A model generated the notes under the pieces. It ran no database searches, was not told where the DNA came from, and was given only the letters and a program-made list of their open reading frames with translations. This document shows positions 59,562 through 64,000 of a stretch of DNA of 64,000 nt, piece after piece. The first letter of the stretch is position 1. Each line of letters opens with the position of its first letter. Where the stretch lies: NCBI GenBank assembly GCA_963821525.1, contig CAWGED010000019.1, positions 64,001 to 128,000 of the forward strand, given 5' to 3'. Position numbers and translations under genes: made by a program. Source of the DNA: an uncultured Gemmatimonadales bacterium. GTDB taxonomy: Bacteria; Gemmatimonadota; Gemmatimonadetes; Gemmatimonadales; GWC2-71-9.

Positions 59562-59930
59562 ATGGCAGCCATTCAGCCGCAGGTCGCGACCCAGGGATTC
59601 AACCTGATTCTCACCGACCGTGCCGCCGAAGAGGTAAGGAAGTTCATGGAGGCCGAGCAGGTGCCGGTCGAGAGCGCAGGCCTCAGGGTCAGCGTGCTCC
59701 CCGGTGGATGCTCGGGATTCAAGTACAGCCTGAACATCGAAGAGCGGGCACTGGAGGATGACGCCGTCGTCGAAGTGAGCGGCGTGCGAGTGTTCGTTGA
59801 TGGATTCAGCCTGCAGTACCTGAGCGGAATCACGATCGACTATACCTCATCGATGCAGGGCTCCGGATTCACATTCAATAATCCCAACGCCTCCGGTGGA
59901 TGCGGGTGCGGGAGCAGCTTTACGGCGTAA
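59562..59930 (+). CDS. HesB/IscA-family Fe-S cluster carrier
   Basis: GGCSGFKY, F.NPNA..GCGCGSSF. Confidence 0.95.
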   Translation: MAAIQPQVATQGFNLILTDRAAEEVRKFMEAEQVPVESAGLRVSVLPGGCSGFKYSLNIEERALEDDAVVEVSGVRVFVDGFSLQYLSGITIDYTSSMQGSGFTFNNPNASGGCGCGSSFTA

Positions 59931-60075
59931 GACGTGAGACGTGAGACGTAAATTGGGGAGCGAAGGCCAGGAGGGCCGCCGCTCCCCTTCGCATATCTGG
60001 GAGTTGCGTTTTACCCTTCTCACTTCTCACTTCTTACTTCTCACGCAGTTGCAGGTCTCACTTCTCACGTCTCAC
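59931..60075. repeat. GTGAGAM heptamer arrays (direct and inverted) right after the iscA stop
   Basis: GACGTGA GACGTGA GACGTAA ... TCTCACT TCTCACT TCTTACT TCTCACG ... TCTCACT TCTCACG TCTCAC. Confidence 0.85.
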
Positions 60076-60109
60076 CCAACAGACGTCCGACCCTTACCCC
60101 GGGGCTCCC

Positions 60110-61591
60110 CTGCACCCCCTCGATCTCGGCATCATCGTCGTGTACTTCGTCCTGACGCTCGGCGTCGGGTTCTGGGTATCGCGACACCAGAAGACCGCGG
60201 GAGATTACTTCCTCGGAGCCCGCGACCTCCCGGCGTGGGCCATCCTGCTTTCGATCGTCGCGACCGAGACCTCGGCCCTCACGGTCATCTCGGTTCCTTC
60301 GATCGCCGCGCGGGGCGACCTCACCTTTCTGCAGCTCCCGCTCGGCTATCTGCTCGGACGCCTGGCCGTGGCGCGGTGGCTCCTGCCCGGATACTTCAGC
60401 GGGCATCAGGACACGGCGTACGTCCGTCTGGAGAAGCGGTTCGGGCCCAGCACCCGTCGGCTGGCATCGGTCATCTTCCTGGTGACGCGCCTCCTGGCCG
60501 ACGGGGTGCGGGTGTATGCCAGTGCGGTTCCGCTCGCGCTGATCACCGGATGGGGGATTCCCCTCTCGATCGTGATGATGAGCCTCATCACCATGGTCTA
60601 CACCTGGCATGGGGGGCTCAAGGCGGTAGTGTGGACCGATGTGGTCCAGTGGTGCGTGTATGTCTCGGCGGGCATCGCCGCATTGTTGATCGCGTGCTCA
60701 CTCGCGGGAGGCGCGCCGGCCGCCTTCTCCGCCGCAGCGGCGGCCGGCAAGCTGCGGGTCCTCGATTTCCGCCTCGATCTCGCGATCCCTTACACCTTCC
60801 TCGGCGGCCTGATCGGCGGCGGGATGCTTACCGCTGCGTCGCATGGGACGGACCAACTGATCGTGCAGCGGCTGCTTGCGAGTCAGAGCCTTGGCAATGC
60901 ACGTCGCGCCCTGGTGGGCTCCGGCATCGTGGTGCTCCTCCAGTTCACGCTCTTCATGTTGATCGGCACCGCGATCTGGGCTGCTGGATTCGCCCCGGCA
61001 AACCTGCCCGCCGACCAGATCTTTCCCCGCTTCATCGTGGAGCACCTGCCCGCCGGTCTCTCGGGACTGCTCATCGCGGCGATTCTCGCGGCAACGATGG
61101 GTACCCACAGTTCGGCGATCAGCGCCCTCGCGTCTTCGATGACCCACGATCTCTACTCGTCCTACACCGGGGTGACGGATCCCGCTCGTTTGCTCAAGAT
61201 TGGTCGCGCCATGTCCTTGCTCTGGGGGATCCTGGTCACGGTCGCGGCGCTGGTCTTTCACCTGGTCGCCGGTAGCGGCCAGACCCCGGTCGTGGTGTTC
61301 GCGCTGTCGATCGCGTCGATCACCTATGGGGCGCTGCTTGGAGCATATCTGCTGGCCGGGCAGTGGCCTCGGGCCACCGGCCGTGACGTTATCGGCGGGA
61401 TCAGCGTCGGACTCGTCCTCATGCTCGTGGTGTTCTTCTCCGGGCGCCTCTCCGGTTGGCCTCCTCTTGGTTTCCTCGCGCCGGTTAGCCACTTGGCCTG
61501 GCCCTGGTATGTGCCCCTTGGTACCCTGCTTACCTTCGGAGCGGGTGTGCTGCTCAGTCTTCTCTCACAGCCGAGGACCCAGGCCGCATGA
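60110..61591 (+). CDS. Sodium:solute symporter (SSS) family transporter
   Basis: DYFLGAR, SIVATETSALT, GGLKAVVWTD, HGTDQLIVQRLL; the frame begins CTG CAC CCC CTC GAT (HPLDLGIIVVY). Confidence 0.92.
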   Translation: MHPLDLGIIVVYFVLTLGVGFWVSRHQKTAGDYFLGARDLPAWAILLSIVATETSALTVISVPSIAARGDLTFLQLPLGYLLGRLAVARWLLPGYFSGHQDTAYVRLEKRFGPSTRRLASVIFLVTRLLADGVRVYASAVPLALITGWGIPLSIVMMSLITMVYTWHGGLKAVVWTDVVQWCVYVSAGIAALLIACSLAGGAPAAFSAAAAAGKLRVLDFRLDLAIPYTFLGGLIGGGMLTAASHGTDQLIVQRLLASQSLGNARRALVGSGIVVLLQFTLFMLIGTAIWAAGFAPANLPADQIFPRFIVEHLPAGLSGLLIAAILAATMGTHSSAISALASSMTHDLYSSYTGVTDPARLLKIGRAMSLLWGILVTVAALVFHLVAGSGQTPVVVFALSIASITYGALLGAYLLAGQWPRATGRDVIGGISVGLVLMLVVFFSGRLSGWPPLGFLAPVSHLAWPWYVPLGTLLTFGAGVLLSLLSQPRTQAA

Positions 61592-62499
61592 GTCGGATCA
61601 CGATCGGCGTTGATGTCGGCGGGACCAAGACCGCCGCGGCCGTCGCGATTGACGGGAAGGAAGTCTCGCGCGCCGAGGGCGTGGGCGGCGCAGTGCGTCC
61701 TGGACGGGCGCTCGCCTCGGCCACCGTCATCGCCGAAACAGTGCGGCGCGCCCTGGCCGCTGCCGGCAAGCTGCGAGGGACCGTCCTGATGGTCGGAGCC
61801 TCGGGCGCCGGACGTCCCGAGGAACGGGATGAACTGCGTTCCGCCCTCAGGTCGGAGGAACTGGCGGATCAGATCCACATCACCGGCGACATCGAGATTG
61901 CGCTGGCGGCGGCGTTCGGAAACGATCCGGGGATCGTGGTGACTTCGGGGACCGGCAGCGTCGCCGTGGCCCGTGATTCCTTCGGCCGGCTGCACCGGGC
62001 TGGAGGATACGGCTGGCAAATGGGGGACGAGGGGAGTGGTTACGCCGTGAGCCGCGCGGGGCTCGGCGCCGTGGGGCGGGCGGCGGACGGGCGCAGTCCC
62101 AAGACGGTGTTGAGCAAGCTGCTCCTGGAAGCGACTCACTCCGAGACCATGGACCAACTCATCCGCTGGGCGGCCAAGGCCTCTCCCGCGGAAGTCGCCT
62201 CCCTGGCTCCCTCCATCATGATCGGCGCGGCAGAGGGAGACACCGTGGCACAAGGCATTCTCGACTACGCCGCACGCGAGCTGGCCCAGCTGGCCCTTCA
62301 GTTACTGCAGCATTTCGGCGTGGACGAGCGGACCCAGGTGGGGGTCGCGACCAATGGCGGGCTGCTCAAGGGTCAAAGCGCGCTCCGACGCATGCTGTTC
62401 CAGCGCCTTCATGACGAACCCCGCTTCAGGCTGATCGAAGATCCAATCGATCCGCCGCGGGGAGCCTTGTTCCTTGCGAATACGGTTGGCCCGACCTAA
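61588..62499 (+). CDS. BadF/BadG/BcrA/BcrD-type amino-sugar kinase (MurK/NagK-like)
   Basis: GVDVGGTKT, GASGAG, SGTGS, RAGGYGWQMGDEGSG. Confidence 0.9.
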   Translation: MSRITIGVDVGGTKTAAAVAIDGKEVSRAEGVGGAVRPGRALASATVIAETVRRALAAAGKLRGTVLMVGASGAGRPEERDELRSALRSEELADQIHITGDIEIALAAAFGNDPGIVVTSGTGSVAVARDSFGRLHRAGGYGWQMGDEGSGYAVSRAGLGAVGRAADGRSPKTVLSKLLLEATHSETMDQLIRWAAKASPAEVASLAPSIMIGAAEGDTVAQGILDYAARELAQLALQLLQHFGVDERTQVGVATNGGLLKGQSALRRMLFQRLHDEPRFRLIEDPIDPPRGALFLANTVGPT

Positions 62500-62502
62500 A
62501 CA

Positions 62503-62605
62503 GCGTGAGAAGTAAGAGGTGAGAAGTGAGAAGGGGAACGCAGGCAGATGATGCCTCGTTCCCCTTCTTCTTCACCTCTCACTTCTCACCTCTTACTTCT
62601 CACGC
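62503..62605. repeat. Long hairpin of GTGAGAA heptamers with perfect 29-bp arms between convergent genes
   Basis: 62503-62531 is the exact reverse complement of 62577-62605; inner stem AGAAGGGGAACG/CGTTCCCCTTCT. Confidence 0.92.
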
Positions 62606-64000
62606 TTTTGGCTTGGCATTCCGCAGCCTGCTGTGCCTGGCTCCATACAGGAAGTAGATCACCAGGCCAACCAGCAGCCAGATGCCGAACCGAATCCAGG
62701 TGATGCCGGGCAGCTTGTACATCAGGTAGAAGCAGGCGACGATCGAAATCATCGGCGTGATGGGAACCCAGGGTACCCGGAACGGCCGCGGGCGGTCGGG
62801 GTCGGTTCGTCGCAGCACGATCACGCCCGATCGAGACCAGAATGAAGGCGAACAGCGTCCCGATGTTGGTCAGGTCCACCACCTCCGCGATGTTGGCGAA
62901 GGCCGCGAAGGTCGCGACGAAGAGTCCGGTCAGGATGGTGCCGACGTACGGAGTCTTGAACTCGCGGGTGAACCTCGGCAGGAACGGCGGCAGGAGCCCG
63001 TCCCGCGCCATCGACATGAAGATCCGCGGCTGACCCAGCTGGAAGACCAGCAGAACGCTGCCCATCGCGATCACGGCGCCGAGCGCGATGATCAAGTCGT
63101 GAGGCCTTGATGAGTTGCCGGCGGGCCGTCCGCGAACTGCAGCGCGGTGATCATGGGCTCCGCCGTGCCGAGTTGCTGCCAGGGCGCGATGCCCGGTCAT
63201 CACCACCGAGAGTGGCGATGTACAGGATCGTGGTGCAACCACCAGGCTCATGATGATGCCGAACGGCATGTCCTTGGCCGGGTTCACGGCCTCCTCGGCG
63301 GCGGTCGAAACCGCATCGAAGCCGATGTAGCTGAAGAAAATGATGGCCGCCGCCGCGCTGATCCCTGCGAATCCGTTGGGCGCGAAGCCACCCGGTTAAC
63401 GGGGTCGTCCCAGTTGATCGGCTTGATGAAGAACGACACCCACCGCGAGGAAGAAGAGGATGATGCCGATCTTGAGCAGCACCATCGCATTGTTCGAATT
63501 GGCCGACTCCTTGATGCCGATGACCAGGAGCACGGTAATGGCCGCCACCACCAGGAACGCCGGCAGGTTGGCGATGACCGGAAATCCGAAGAGGTGCGGA
63601 GCGGTGGTCAGCGCCGAGGCCACGTACGCGTTGGTGGCATCCGTGGCGCCCGGCCTTGATGGCGTCGGCCGCCATGTGCGCCGAGCGCACGTCGGTGGCA
63701 AGCCAGGCCGGCAACGAGAGCCCGAAATGGCTCAGCAGCTCGCGGAAATAGCCGGCCCAGCCGATGGCCACTCCGATATTTCCCACCGCGTATTCGACGA
63801 TCAGGTCCCACCCGATGATCCACGCCACGAACTCGCCCAGCGAGGCGTAGGCATAGGTGTACGCCGACCCGGCGATGGGCACCATCGCCGCGAACTCGGC
63901 ATAGCACAGCGCGGCAAAGCCGCACGCCACAGCGGTCAGGACGAAGGAGAAGACGATCGCGGGCCCGGCCCCGGGTCGCAGCGGATCGCCCGCGATGGCG
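62600..64000 (-). CDS. APC-family amino acid permease (5' end outside the window); frameshifted
   Basis: [61 protein letters not shown]. Confidence 0.92.

Overview
This is a GC-rich bacterial chromosomal segment, most likely from Gemmatimonadota. That assignment is inferred from protein style (FCB-type insertions in SecA, C-terminally extended RpoA, gene order) and was not checked by search. The sequence appears to be an error-prone consensus: many essential genes (rel, secA, carB, rpsM/K/D, rpoA, rplQ, trxB, pdh, hppA) are broken by 1-nt indels, which I treat as artefacts. Most of the content is housekeeping on the minus strand. It includes a ~21 kb run gmd-rmd-carB-murB-wbpD/E/B-like-ugd-uxs-epimerase-TPR-TPR-bamD-nadD-secA-radC-rel, a stand-alone rpmJ-alpha ribosomal operon, pyrD/pyrF, an amidase, smpB, tRNA-Leu(CAG), aspA, a GT4/flippase pair, trxB, SDRs, a 2-oxoacid dehydrogenase, hppA, an inositol-phospholipid operon and a peptidoglycan-recycling cluster. 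No CRISPR, phage or transposase is visible. Four observations stand out. (1) In an Rrf2-cysM-mec operon, the ubiquitin-like sulfur carrier is fused through GG-Ser to its own E1/rhodanese, so it would have to be cut out, probably by the neighbouring JAMM protease. (2) At least 10 loci carry 7- or 8-mer tandem repeats with mostly unrelated units that start right after stop codons. They often form long hairpins with mirrored variant units, and one pair brackets a two-gene cassette. (3) Three genes appear to use CTG start codons. (4) A small unannotated Zn-finger ORF and a Cys-rich Rossmann-fold protein have no known function.
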